64,000 bases of DNA from assembly GCA_963803145.1 (NCBI GenBank), contig CAWDLW010000008.1, positions 320,001 through 384,000 of the forward strand, written 5' to 3'. Source of the stretch: Methanotrichaceae archaeon (lineage in GTDB: Archaea; Halobacteriota; Methanosarcinia; Methanotrichales; Methanotrichaceae). Position 1 is the first letter of the stretch, and every line of letters starts with the position of its first letter. Position numbers and translations under genes: made by a program. Below the pieces are notes generated by a model. It made no database searches and was not told where the DNA came from. It was given only the letters and a program-made list of their open reading frames with translations. Below, in pieces: positions 54,668-64,000 of the stretch.

Positions 54668-56048
54668 ATGGCAGACGAAAAACCCAAGGATAATAATAAG
54701 CCCCTCATGACGGGATTCATGATGTCCACTCAGGTGCTGGAGCTGGATGGATGCAACCGATGCCAGGAGTGTATGAAGTGGTGCCCCACATTTGCTGTGA
54801 GGGAGGATCGGCCTGGTATAACTCCAATGTACAAAAATGCTAAGTGGAGAGAGCTGATGGCCAGAAGTCATGGTCTCCGTGCGAAGATCTTCGGGCCAAA
54901 GCCCCTCAATGAGGATGAGATGAAAACCTTCACTGAGGATGTTTACATGTGCACTACCTGCGGCGTGTGTGGAACCGTCTGTGAAGCGGGCATTAAAACA
55001 GTAGATCTATGGGAGGCAATGAGGCCCAATTTGGTGAAGCGCGGAAACGGACCTTATGGCAAGCAGTCGTTCTTCCCCAAGCTCGATCAAAGCAGATCGG
55101 AATCCCTATCAAGCCAAGCAAGAAGATAGCTTGTGCTGGGTTCCCAAAGACGCGAAGGTAAACGATTCCGGCGATATAATCTACTTTGCAGGATGCACAG
55201 CCGCCTACAGGCAGCAAGCATTGGGCGTCGCCACTGTTAGAGATATTGAACAAGCTGGGGGTGGAGTTCGGCATGCTTGGCAAGGATGAGTGGTGCTGTG
55301 CTTCTGCTATGGTGAGAACCGGCCAGAGGGAGGTCATGGCCGAGCATGCTGTGCATAACATCGATGCGCTCAAAGATGCCGGAGCAAAGAATGTGCTCTT
55401 CGCTTGCGCCGGTTGCCTCAGGAATGCTGCCCTCGATTGGCCACAATGGTACGAGGGTTACATTCCCTATGAGACTATGCCGCTCTCGGTTTTCCTGGAG
55501 GGAAGATAAGAAACGGCGAGGTTGAGTATAAGATACCTCTGAATTTCAAGTTCACATACCACGATCCCTGCCACAACGGCAGGCACCTGATGCATCTTAA
55601 GGGAAAGGACTGGGCCTTCGAGGCTTCTCGAGATGTGATCCAATCTATGCCTGGAGTGAAGTTCCAGGACATGGTCAGGAATAGAGCTTTGCAAAGGTGC
55701 TGCGGTGCAGGCGGCGGCGTAAAGGCTGGCCTACCTGACCTCGCATTGGACTGCGCCAAGGCTAGGGTTGTAGATGCAGAGGAGATCCAGGCAGATGTCA
55801 TAGCATCTACGTGTCCATTCTGCAGAAGAAACATCATGGATGGCAGGAATGCAGCACAGTCCAAGATAAAGATCTTGGATGTAGTTGAGATGATGGCAGC
55901 ATCCATGGGCTTGGACACAACCATACCTGAAAACCCCTACACAAAGTTCCAGGAGCAAGACGTGCTCGTTTGCACCCCAGCGGAATGCAAGGTGGAGACT
56001 GTTGAGCGCAAGGCGCCAGGGAAAGATCTTGTGGGCGAGGCCGAATGA
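54668..56048 (+). pseudogene. hdrD: CoB-CoM heterodisulfide reductase subunit D, three frameshifts
   Basis: C..C..C...CP and CTTCGVC...C clusters, YFAGCT, EWCC, CAGC, YHDPCH, CCGAGGG, CPFC spread over four frame segments; shifts at about 55085 (+1), 55242 (+1) and 55500 (-1). Confidence 0.85.
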
Positions 56049-56253
56049 AGGATTCCATACTGTGGAATCCTTTCAATTTCTATTTTTCAGCTTAATACTT
56101 CATCACTTATAATGGCCGCGAACAGTTTTTATGCTAAAGATCCTTAATTCAAATACGTGAAAGAAGATCCGAGGAGGGAGGATGCAGGCTTGAACAGGCA
56201 CCTGAAGACTTAAAATGGGCAAATGATGTAGCTGAAAGAGGGGGGCTATCAAA

Positions 56254-57438
56254 ATGACGGAGATACGAGATCCCATCCATGGGTATATAAAGCTAAATGG
56301 CCTGGCCTTCGATCTGATAAATACACCCCAGATGCAGAGGCTTCGCTGGATAAAACAGCTCGGTCTGGCCAATCTGGTCTACCCCGGAGCCAACCACACC
56401 AGGTTCGAGCATAGCCTCGGCGTCTACCACCTGGCAGGCACACTATCAGATCACCTCGGACTTAAAGAGGATGATAGAATTAAAGTCGAGGTGGCGGCTC
56501 TTCTGCATGATATCGGCCATGGGCCGCTATCTCATGCAACAGAAGCTGTACTTGAGCCCTATCTGCATCAAGGACATGAGGGCATCATCGATCTTCTGAG
56601 GCATGGTGATCTAAGGGATATTTTGGATGCCTACTGCCTACGGCCCTCAGAGGTGCAATCTCTAATAAAAGGTGCAAAGCTCGGACAGATTATAAACAGC
56701 GAAATCGATGTTGATAGGATGGATTACCTCATCAGGGATGCCCATTACACAGGCGTCGCTTACGGTGTCATTGATCACTTGAGGCTCATAGAGAAGATGA
56801 AGCTGCATCATGGCCGTCTTGCCGTAGAATCCGGCGGCATTCAGGCAGCGACATCTTTGCTCATCTCCAGACTGCTGATGCACCCTTCCGTCTACTATCA
56901 TCATGTTTCCAGGATATCGGAATGTATGATATCCAGCGGGATACGCAGGATGATCGAGGATGGCACAAAGGCTCAGGAGATAAAAGGCATGGATGATTCG
57001 GAGCTCTTCACCTCTATGGCCCAAGCAGGCAGCTATGCAGCAGAGATGGTTTCACTTATCAAATCTCGCAGGCTCTTCAAGCGTGCCGTCTATGTTGGTC
57101 TGGACAGTCTCGATCCCAACTTGCTTAAGGTAAGCGACCAGAGGATTGCCCAGGAGATAGCCGATGAAGCCGGTATCAGCCAGGATTACGTCCTTGTTGA
57201 TAACCCGCCACTTCCAGGATCAGGCGTTGGGGACTTCCCTGCTCTGATTGACCATGAGATAAAGCCCCTTCGTGATGTCTCGCCTTTAGTTGCCATCCTT
57301 GAGAGCGCTCATAAGGCTACGTGGCGCTTTGGAGTCTATGCTCGGAATAAGGATAGGGAAAAGGTAGCTGACGCGGCGAGGCGGTGCCTGAACCTAAAGA
57401 AGAATATAGTTCAGCATACCTTTGATGATATCGATTAA
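56254..57438 (+). CDS. HD-domain phosphohydrolase (SAMHD1/dGTPase-like)
   Basis: IRDPIHG, RLRWIKQLG, HTRFEHSLG, LLHDIGHGP.SH, DVDRMDYL.RD, VYYH. Confidence 0.92.
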   Translation: MTEIRDPIHGYIKLNGLAFDLINTPQMQRLRWIKQLGLANLVYPGANHTRFEHSLGVYHLAGTLSDHLGLKEDDRIKVEVAALLHDIGHGPLSHATEAVLEPYLHQGHEGIIDLLRHGDLRDILDAYCLRPSEVQSLIKGAKLGQIINSEIDVDRMDYLIRDAHYTGVAYGVIDHLRLIEKMKLHHGRLAVESGGIQAATSLLISRLLMHPSVYYHHVSRISECMISSGIRRMIEDGTKAQEIKGMDDSELFTSMAQAGSYAAEMVSLIKSRRLFKRAVYVGLDSLDPNLLKVSDQRIAQEIADEAGISQDYVLVDNPPLPGSGVGDFPALIDHEIKPLRDVSPLVAILESAHKATWRFGVYARNKDREKVADAARRCLNLKKNIVQHTFDDID

Positions 57439-57491
57439 TAAACCAACCGATAACGGTTAACTTTAAGTCCAATCAGAGCAGTCTTTTTCTA

Positions 57492-57944
57492 ATGGCGTTT
57501 TCTGGTTCTGGTGAAAGAGGCGCATTTGGCGACAAAAAGGTGCTGGTCAAGACAATTCAGACCTTGAATCAGCATATTCCAAGTAAGCGTTTGAACCTTG
57601 CCGAGCTTATGACTATGGATAAGCCCGGAGTCAAGGGAAAGGACAACACATTCTATATCATGGATAAAGCCGAGCTTGAACAGCTCTCCAAATCCTTGCC
57701 TAGATTTATGTGGAATCGATTAAAGCTGCCGATGCTCATAGAAATGTCCCCTGATTTTGGAGGCAGCGCTGCAAGGATACAGGGCGAGGCTGAGGTTGAG
57801 GCGACGAGCAAGATCCTGGGAAAATCGGAGCAAGATAGAAAGTTCATGATCATATATATGCCTGAAGTAAGGGAGCTTAGAAGAAAGCTTCCAACTACAA
57901 CGCAGTACGCTTTTCTCGCATCCCTAAGAGATAAAGAGGAGTGA
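57492..57944 (+). CDS. DUF61/UPF0216 family protein
   Basis: LN.H.P..R..L.EL, ELE.L, LKLP.LIE, LRRKLPTTTQYAF. Confidence 0.85.
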   Translation: MAFSGSGERGAFGDKKVLVKTIQTLNQHIPSKRLNLAELMTMDKPGVKGKDNTFYIMDKAELEQLSKSLPRFMWNRLKLPMLIEMSPDFGGSAARIQGEAEVEATSKILGKSEQDRKFMIIYMPEVRELRRKLPTTTQYAFLASLRDKEE

Positions 57945-57988
57945 GACATTTAAATCTTCTTAAAACTAATAGTAGCATGGAGATAAAG

Positions 57989-58540
57989 ATGCCTGAGAAT
58001 ACTCTATCTGATGGCGCGAGGCAGTTCGATGAGAAGATGAGGCAGGGAGCCTATAAAGAGGCGGCGAAGATCAAATCCGATTATAGCCTGCCTTATGACA
58101 TGGTTCAGAAATCCGTGGAGGATGCCTATGATACGTGCATGTCTGCCGGAGACTATTCGATAGCGGCAGACATTGCAAAACAGTATAGCCTCCCTGCGAA
58201 CATGAGAAATGATGCTGCGATGAGATCCTTCAGCAGAAAGATTGACAGCGAGTTTTATAGAGCTGCCGCAGAGTACGCACGCGAGTTCGACCTGCCTGAG
58301 GAGATGGTTCGAGAGGCCGCAGTCCAAGCGTTCAATAAGAGCATGAGCTTTGGTCTTGTCAAGAATGCTGCTGAGATTGCTGATGAATTTGACCTGCCTG
58401 AAAAGATGAAGACTGAGGCTGCAACAAAATCGTTTGAGCAGCATATGAACGCGGGGCTTTACAGGAAGGCTTTGAAGATCGCCCTAAAATATAAGCTTCC
58501 ACCAGAGATGGTTCAGGAGGCAGAGAAGAAAGTATCTTAA
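57989..58540 (+). CDS. Hypothetical alpha-solenoid protein with five 34-aa repeats
   Basis: Repeat consensus M..G.Y..AA.IA..Y/F.LP..M....A...F; GGAG upstream of ATG 57989. Confidence 0.8.
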   Translation: MPENTLSDGARQFDEKMRQGAYKEAAKIKSDYSLPYDMVQKSVEDAYDTCMSAGDYSIAADIAKQYSLPANMRNDAAMRSFSRKIDSEFYRAAAEYAREFDLPEEMVREAAVQAFNKSMSFGLVKNAAEIADEFDLPEKMKTEAATKSFEQHMNAGLYRKALKIALKYKLPPEMVQEAEKKVS

Positions 58541-58701
58541 TCACGGCCAACTTAGTGATCCGCTTCCTGGAACTGCATGGAGTGGCTAAGAATAGTGCTT
58601 CTCTCAGCCTTTTCCCTTTTGTATCTAGCATGCATTAGATAATTAGTCGAAAGAGGGAGTATAGATAAGAAGATATCTTGATCGCTGCCCATCTAGAGTA
58701 C

Positions 58702-60036
58702 ATGCCAAAAGTTGTGCTCACAATAGGTGGATCGGATTCCGGAGGCGGCGCAGGAATACAGGCTGACATAAAGACATTCTCCGCACTGGGGCTACACGGC
58801 ACCTCAGTTATAACTGCTGTCACGGCCCAGAACACGCTTGGAGTTCAAAGAGTCAATGGCCTGGAGCCTGATGCGGTATCCATACAGCTTAAGTCAGTTA
58901 CAGATGATTTTCACATTGATTTCGTGAAGACTGGGATGCTTTACTCCACTGAAATAGTAACAGCAGTTGCAGCGCATCTGGCCGAGACAAAGATCCCGCT
59001 TGTCCTTGATCCAGTGATCGAGGCCGAGGCAGGCGGCAGGCTGCTGCGCCCTGATGCGGTCAACGCCGTCATGGAGCAGCTGATACCTCTTGCTCGCGTT
59101 GTAACACCGAATATCTTCGAGGCTCAAGCACTCACAGGTATCCCTGTAAAAGATGCAGCCAGCGCAGAGATTGCAGCCCATAAGATCCTCGATCTCGGAG
59201 CTAACGCCGTGATGATAAAAGGAGGGCATCTGGACTGCACAGACTTCCTGCTTGAGAACATGGAATTATATCAAATACATGGAAAAAGGTCAAAGGGAGG
59301 TAACCATGGAGTTGGATGTACCTACTCTGCCGCTTTAACATCCTTTCTGGCAAACGGCTATCCTCTGAAGAGGGCTGCAATAGAAGCAAAAAACTTCGCC
59401 GCACAGGCAATTTCAAACAGCATGGATGTCGGGAGAGGCGTCGCACCTGTAAGCCAAATAGGAAATTTGCTGAATGAGGCATACAGATTTAGAGCATTAT
59501 CAGATGTCCAGATGGCCATCGAGCTGCTGGAAAAAGGCAGCATAGAGCATATCATGCCCAAAATGGGATCAAGTATTGGAATGGCCATTCCTGAGGCAAC
59601 CTCAACAGAAGACATAGCTGAGGGCAAGATTATCCAAGATGGCGGAGCAGGAGTTCATCAATCAGGATGCATCAGATTCGGAGTGGACGGCCCATTGAAG
59701 AAAATCATACTTACTGTCAGGAACTTTGACCCAAATGCGATGGCTGCAATTATCCTGGGCATAGATGCTGATGCCTATGGCGCCCTTGGTCTAGAACCGA
59801 TAAGGATTCCAGGGCAGCTAACGGCTAATGTTATGGCTACTAAGGATATTAATCCGCGCGCATTTAGCTCCGCTGTGGTTAAAGGTAATACTACAGATAC
59901 GGCTGCGATCTCGGAAATATGGGATGAATTGGGAGAGAAGCATTTATCGGTTCTTGTAGGTGCCAGCGCCACAGATGTGGCTGCAACTGTAGTTATGCTC
60001 GCAAAGCTTCTAGACCAAACTGACGGGAAGCTATAA
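58702..60036 (+). CDS. thiD: HMP/HMP-P kinase ThiD fused to a divergent ThiN-like domain
   Basis: [43 protein letters not shown]; C-terminal P..GS.I.MAIP.A....D.A. Confidence 0.9.
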   Translation: MPKVVLTIGGSDSGGGAGIQADIKTFSALGLHGTSVITAVTAQNTLGVQRVNGLEPDAVSIQLKSVTDDFHIDFVKTGMLYSTEIVTAVAAHLAETKIPLVLDPVIEAEAGGRLLRPDAVNAVMEQLIPLARVVTPNIFEAQALTGIPVKDAASAEIAAHKILDLGANAVMIKGGHLDCTDFLLENMELYQIHGKRSKGGNHGVGCTYSAALTSFLANGYPLKRAAIEAKNFAAQAISNSMDVGRGVAPVSQIGNLLNEAYRFRALSDVQMAIELLEKGSIEHIMPKMGSSIGMAIPEATSTEDIAEGKIIQDGGAGVHQSGCIRFGVDGPLKKIILTVRNFDPNAMAAIILGIDADAYGALGLEPIRIPGQLTANVMATKDINPRAFSSAVVKGNTTDTAAISEIWDELGEKHLSVLVGASATDVAATVVMLAKLLDQTDGKL

Positions 60037-60088
60037 ATCGAAGGTTGAAGGATGCTAGAATCTGATCGAGCTAGCTGGAGCATTGATT

Positions 60089-60313
60089 ATGGGAAGCGTA
60101 AAGCCTAGTTATATTAAGAATTTCGCAATGGATTTGTTGAAGGCTTATGAAGGTTCATTTAATCAGGACTTTGAGCAGAATAAGCTAAAGGTATCGGAAT
60201 ATACAGACATCAAGAACAAGGGCATTCGCAACCGAGTAGCCGGATATATAACTCGTGTTCTAAGGCAAAAGAGCGAGCGCAGAAGGGGCGAGGTCGAGGC
60301 GGATGTTATTTGA
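60089..60313 (+). CDS. rps17e: 30S ribosomal protein S17e
   Basis: MG.VKP.YIK, F..DFE.NK, K.IRNRVAGYIT. Confidence 0.95.
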   Translation: MGSVKPSYIKNFAMDLLKAYEGSFNQDFEQNKLKVSEYTDIKNKGIRNRVAGYITRVLRQKSERRRGEVEADVI

Positions 60314-61181
60314 AGGCGTATTTCCTGCCATAATTACGCCGTTTAAAGAGGATTATAGCCTTGATGAGGAGGGGTTAAGGAGAAATATAGAGTTCTTGGA
60401 GAAGTCCGGCATCGCTGGCATTGTACCTTGCGGCACGACTGGCGAATCTGCGACCCTAAGCTTTGAAGAGCACAAGAGGGTTGTGGATATTGCCGTTGAG
60501 TGCTCAAAGGTGCCTGTCATTGCAGGCACGGGCTCGAACAATACAGCTGAAGCACTAGAGCTAACTATGCATGCAGCCGATGCTGGAGCAGACGCGGCAT
60601 TATTGATAACTCCTTATTACAACAAGCCCAACGATCGTGGCATGTTCGAGCACTTCCGTCTCATAGCTGAGAAGTGCAATATTCCAATCATACTCTATAA
60701 TGTGCCCAAAAGAACCAGCATAGACCTAAAGCCTGATCTTGTTGCAAGGCTTTCTAAGGTTAAGAATATCGTCGGCATAAAAGAGGCCAGTGGAAGCCTC
60801 CCGCAGATATCACAGATAATAGAGCAGACAAAGGGGAGCAACTTCGCCGTCATTTCAGGTGATGATGACCTAATAGTGCCAATAATGGCTCTGGGGGGAA
60901 CTGGTGTGATCTCGGTCGTAGCCAATGTTGCTCCCAAGAAGACTGTTGCCTTGGTAAACGCAATGCTTCGAGGCGACCTTGCATCTGCTAGAATTGCCCA
61001 TTATGAGCTCGCACCTCTCGTGAGAGCCATGTTCCTTGAGACCAGTCCTATACCTCTAAAGACTGCATACAGGCATATGGGATTGGCGGCAGGCCCATTG
61101 AGGCTGCCCCTAGGAGCACTGGCACCTGACAAAGAAAACATCCTGAAGGATATAGTCGAGAGGCTGGGCGAGCATAGATGA
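60303..61181 (+). CDS. dapA: 4-hydroxy-tetrahydrodipicolinate synthase
   Basis: GTTGE, GTGSN, PYYNKP, YNVP.RT, GIKEASG, SGDD. Confidence 0.97.
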   Translation: MLFEGVFPAIITPFKEDYSLDEEGLRRNIEFLEKSGIAGIVPCGTTGESATLSFEEHKRVVDIAVECSKVPVIAGTGSNNTAEALELTMHAADAGADAALLITPYYNKPNDRGMFEHFRLIAEKCNIPIILYNVPKRTSIDLKPDLVARLSKVKNIVGIKEASGSLPQISQIIEQTKGSNFAVISGDDDLIVPIMALGGTGVISVVANVAPKKTVALVNAMLRGDLASARIAHYELAPLVRAMFLETSPIPLKTAYRHMGLAAGPLRLPLGALAPDKENILKDIVERLGEHR

Positions 61182-61945
61182 CGAGAGTAGCGGTCACAGG
61201 AGCCCTAGGGCGTATGGGCACTCAGGTAATTCAGGAGATGGCTAAGTCAGATGATATGGAGCTGGTGGCCGGGTTAGATGTGATTGGCATGGGCAGGAAT
61301 CTCCTCGGAGATGTTACAGTCTCTGATGCTGGTGCGCTCAAGGATGTTCTAGCGGCTACAAAACCTGATGTGCTCATAGACTTCACAACAGCCTCTGCCG
61401 CAGTAGAGAACGCTTGCACAGCAGCAGATATGGGAGTTGATCTTGTCGTCGGAACAACCGGACTCTCGCAGGATCAGATTTCACGCATAAGGCAGGCCAC
61501 TCTCGGAAAGGTCGCAGCCGTGATCTCTCCGAACTTCAGCGTTGGAGTAAATGTTTTCTGGAAGCTTATTGCGATCGCAGCCGAGTCGCTGAAGGATTAT
61601 GATGTTGAGGTTATTGAGGCCCATCACAACCAGAAGAAGGATGCCCCCAGCGGCACTGCACTGGCCGCGGTCGATATACTGAAGAAAGCTCTCAACGATA
61701 ACGATGTGATTTACGGCCGCAAAGGTATTATGCCGAGGGGAAAGGAGATCGGGGTTCATGCCGTTCGAGGAGGGGATATAGTGGGAGACCATACAGTTCT
61801 GTTTGCTGGTCCTGGAGAGCGAATTGAGATAAAACATCAGATGCACAGCAGAACTGCGCTTGCGAACGGAGCAATCAGGGCAGCGCGATGGGTTGTCAAG
61901 GCAGAGCCCGGCACCTACAACATGTCGAATGTTCTGGGATCATAA
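61178..61945 (+). CDS. dapB: 4-hydroxy-tetrahydrodipicolinate reductase
   Basis: GALGRMG, DFT, GTTG, NFSVG, EAHH..K.DAPSGTA, RGGDIVGDH. Confidence 0.97.
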   Translation: MTRVAVTGALGRMGTQVIQEMAKSDDMELVAGLDVIGMGRNLLGDVTVSDAGALKDVLAATKPDVLIDFTTASAAVENACTAADMGVDLVVGTTGLSQDQISRIRQATLGKVAAVISPNFSVGVNVFWKLIAIAAESLKDYDVEVIEAHHNQKKDAPSGTALAAVDILKKALNDNDVIYGRKGIMPRGKEIGVHAVRGGDIVGDHTVLFAGPGERIEIKHQMHSRTALANGAIRAARWVVKAEPGTYNMSNVLGS

Positions 61946-62386
61946 ATGGTGAATAGGCTCGAAAAGGAAAGCTATGCCCTTTTCACAAATGGGAGTAGGC
62001 TTGAGCCGATATCGCTAGATAAGAACATGGTAGGATTCTGCGCCAAGTGCGAGTCGGAGCTGGAGAGCCTGGCTTATCATAAGTCTGAGGATAGCTGGCT
62101 GGTATCAGCCGCTTGCAAAAACGAGCATCTTGTGCTCATGCGATATGATAATGAGTGGAAATGGCTCGATGATCAAATCCTTGAGATATCAGCTAAGATG
62201 CTTACAAAGCCCGGAGGAATATCAGCACTTCCAAGGGAGAAGCTGGAGGCAGTTTTTACTCCCGCTGAGATCAGGGATATGGTAGCCTATGAGCAAGGCA
62301 AGCCATATACCAGGCAGAACCTGTATCGAGCCAGGGCAAAATATGAAAAGTTTGAAAAGCTCTTCGGTCTGAAGATAAAGCTTTGA
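61946..62386 (+). CDS. Hypothetical Zn-ribbon protein
   Basis: CAKC...C..EH; abuts the dapB stop. Confidence 0.75.
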   Translation: MVNRLEKESYALFTNGSRLEPISLDKNMVGFCAKCESELESLAYHKSEDSWLVSAACKNEHLVLMRYDNEWKWLDDQILEISAKMLTKPGGISALPREKLEAVFTPAEIRDMVAYEQGKPYTRQNLYRARAKYEKFEKLFGLKIKL

Positions 62387-62494
62387 AAATAGGCAGGATG
62401 CAACCTTGCTATGGATAGAAATGCTGGTAGCATCCCACGTTGCCTATATCTTATCTTTTGGTTTTCCGCAGACAGGCCATATGTAGATTATTTG

Positions 62495-63568
62495 CTACTT
62501 AGTTAAATTAGCTGATTTATTGCATGTCGTGCAGTTCTTGCTCTTCGTTATGGTAACATTGATCATCGACCTGGCCGTGCCTATCGCGGTCTGATCGCAT
62601 GTTGCACATCCCTTTACAGCACCAATTTCTGATTTATTTATCTGTTCAGTGACCAAGCTTTTCGCAATTATTGCCGACGAATTGCCAGTCGGGTTCTTCG
62701 TTGCAGTCATATTAACCAGCTGCATAGTAGTCACGAAGTTCGCTCCCTTGGAGGTTGCATACTGGATGAAATTCTTATATGCATCCAGGTAATCGCCGTT
62801 GCCTGATACGAGGTTGCTGAATATTACAACCATCGGATCTCCATTCTTGGCGCTTTCATCGAACTTCTTCGACAGAATTTCATACCACTGATCGCCGCTT
62901 AGCTTCTTAGTATCTTTTATATAGCGGTCGTAAAGATATACGCGCTCTCCATTAAGCATATATGTGCTCACAGGTACGGCATAGAGATTATGGCCCTCAA
63001 TGATATACGGCCAGGTATCCTTCTCGTGGCCGGGCATATAAATTGCCCCTGCCTGGAATCCGGCATCATAGACAATCCCCAGCTTCTCCAAGATATTAAA
63101 GGTAGCATTATTTTGATCAAATGCCTGGGGTCTGAAGCCTTTTATGTCAACATGCTTCCCGCCGCATACATAGCAGTGATAAAGTGCATCCTTTGCATTC
63201 GTCAATAGAGTCTCCTGGTCGGCATCGGACATGGTTGAGAGCTTCTCATCAGTTGTATTTCCGTAAAGAGCAAGCTCGTGAGTGGGATGAGTTCCCTGCT
63301 CTGTTATTCCAAGCCTGTATGCAGATACAATATCCTGGCTCACAAATATAGTAGCATTCAATTGTCCTGGAACCAGCTCATTGGTTAAAGCTATCAGGGA
63401 GTTTCCAGCTTCTGTCGTCTGATCTGCGGTTGGCGTGTGATTTATGTCTGCATCCAACATCATATTAACAACTACCGGACTCTCTTTAGAAAGAGAGATT
63501 CCAGCAGATCCTAGCAGAAACACGCCTAGGAGAACTACTATAACCATAGTGCTTTTTATATTATGCAT
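62495..63568 (-). CDS. Secreted polysaccharide deacetylase-like (CE4/NodB fold) protein
   Basis: Signal peptide; LDAD, ATIFV, HELALYG, GFRP, LGIVYDAG, A.FVTTMQL; CxxC motifs at the C-terminus. Confidence 0.8.
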   Translation of the reverse strand: MHNIKSTMVIVVLLGVFLLGSAGISLSKESPVVVNMMLDADINHTPTADQTTEAGNSLIALTNELVPGQLNATIFVSQDIVSAYRLGITEQGTHPTHELALYGNTTDEKLSTMSDADQETLLTNAKDALYHCYVCGGKHVDIKGFRPQAFDQNNATFNILEKLGIVYDAGFQAGAIYMPGHEKDTWPYIIEGHNLYAVPVSTYMLNGERVYLYDRYIKDTKKLSGDQWYEILSKKFDESAKNGDPMVVIFSNLVSGNGDYLDAYKNFIQYATSKGANFVTTMQLVNMTATKNPTGNSSAIIAKSLVTEQINKSEIGAVKGCATCDQTAIGTARSMINVTITKSKNCTTCNKSANLTK

Positions 63569-63832
63569 GTTTATACCCTCTGAACCCTTATTCTGAGTTA
63601 ACCCTAAATGGCTTGTCTATTTAGCGCACTTTTATACTTGATATAGACTTCGGTTGAATAATTATAATAGCCTTTTTATTATTAGTATGTTAACAATTTA
63701 TTTATTTTATCCTAATACATAAATAATGCCTGCAGTATGTTGGTTTCCGCTAATTTTATCTCAAATCATTGGTATTAATAGGATAGAAAAATTTAAATAG
63801 ACTGGAATCTATTATCCTGATTGGTGATCAGA

Positions 63833-64000
63833 ATGCGGATATATTCGCGAAGAGGGGCACTAATTATTTTGTTGTGCCTAATGAGTATAATTGTGGGTGC
63901 ATACGCCGATGACCAACAAACAGCATCTCATGCTGGATGTACTCCAGTCACCCAGAGCGTAGTGGCTCCAGGAGACATAATTAATCTGAAAGGCCCGGAT
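63833..64000 (+). CDS. Secreted protein, partial (runs off the window end)
   Basis: GGTGA SD, then MRIYSRRGALIILLCLMSIIVGAYA/DDQQ..., open to 64000. Confidence 0.7.
   Translation, partial: MRIYSRRGALIILLCLMSIIVGAYADDQQTASHAGCTPVTQSVVAPGDIINLKGPD

Noticed and set aside
55080-55510. Programmed ribosomal frameshifting in hdrD
   Set aside because: Three shifts of mixed direction with no clear slippery heptamer; decay or assembly error is more parsimonious.

Overview
Chromosomal window of a Methanothrix/Methanosaeta-type methanogen (Methanotrichaceae): the 16S rRNA carries an exact match to the MX825 probe site. It is mostly housekeeping: pscS (partial), nac, rdgB, fen, dph2, a complete minus-strand 16S-tRNA-Ala-23S-5S operon, aconitase, tgtA-arcS, ilvA, rqc2, UbiD-family, aroB'-aroD, hdrE/hdrD, thiD-ThiN, rps17e-dapA-dapB. 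Accessory patches hold bacterial-type glycoside hydrolases (YihQ-like GH31, TreZ, glycogen debranching enzyme), secreted proteins, a hydrolase and an MFS pump. Reading the DNA directly adds features absent from the ORF track: an internally deleted ERF-family recombinase remnant, a 54-aa RHH gene, a 31-aa membrane peptide, an IS5-like remnant, a putative sheath-protein gene with an ACG start, a tRNA-like element before the 5S rRNA, a 16-bp duplicate of the 5S 3' end, REP-like repeats at accessory-gene borders, an attC-like hairpin and two decayed hdrD copies. No CRISPR array or intact mobile element was seen. All family calls come from motif recognition by eye, not database searches.
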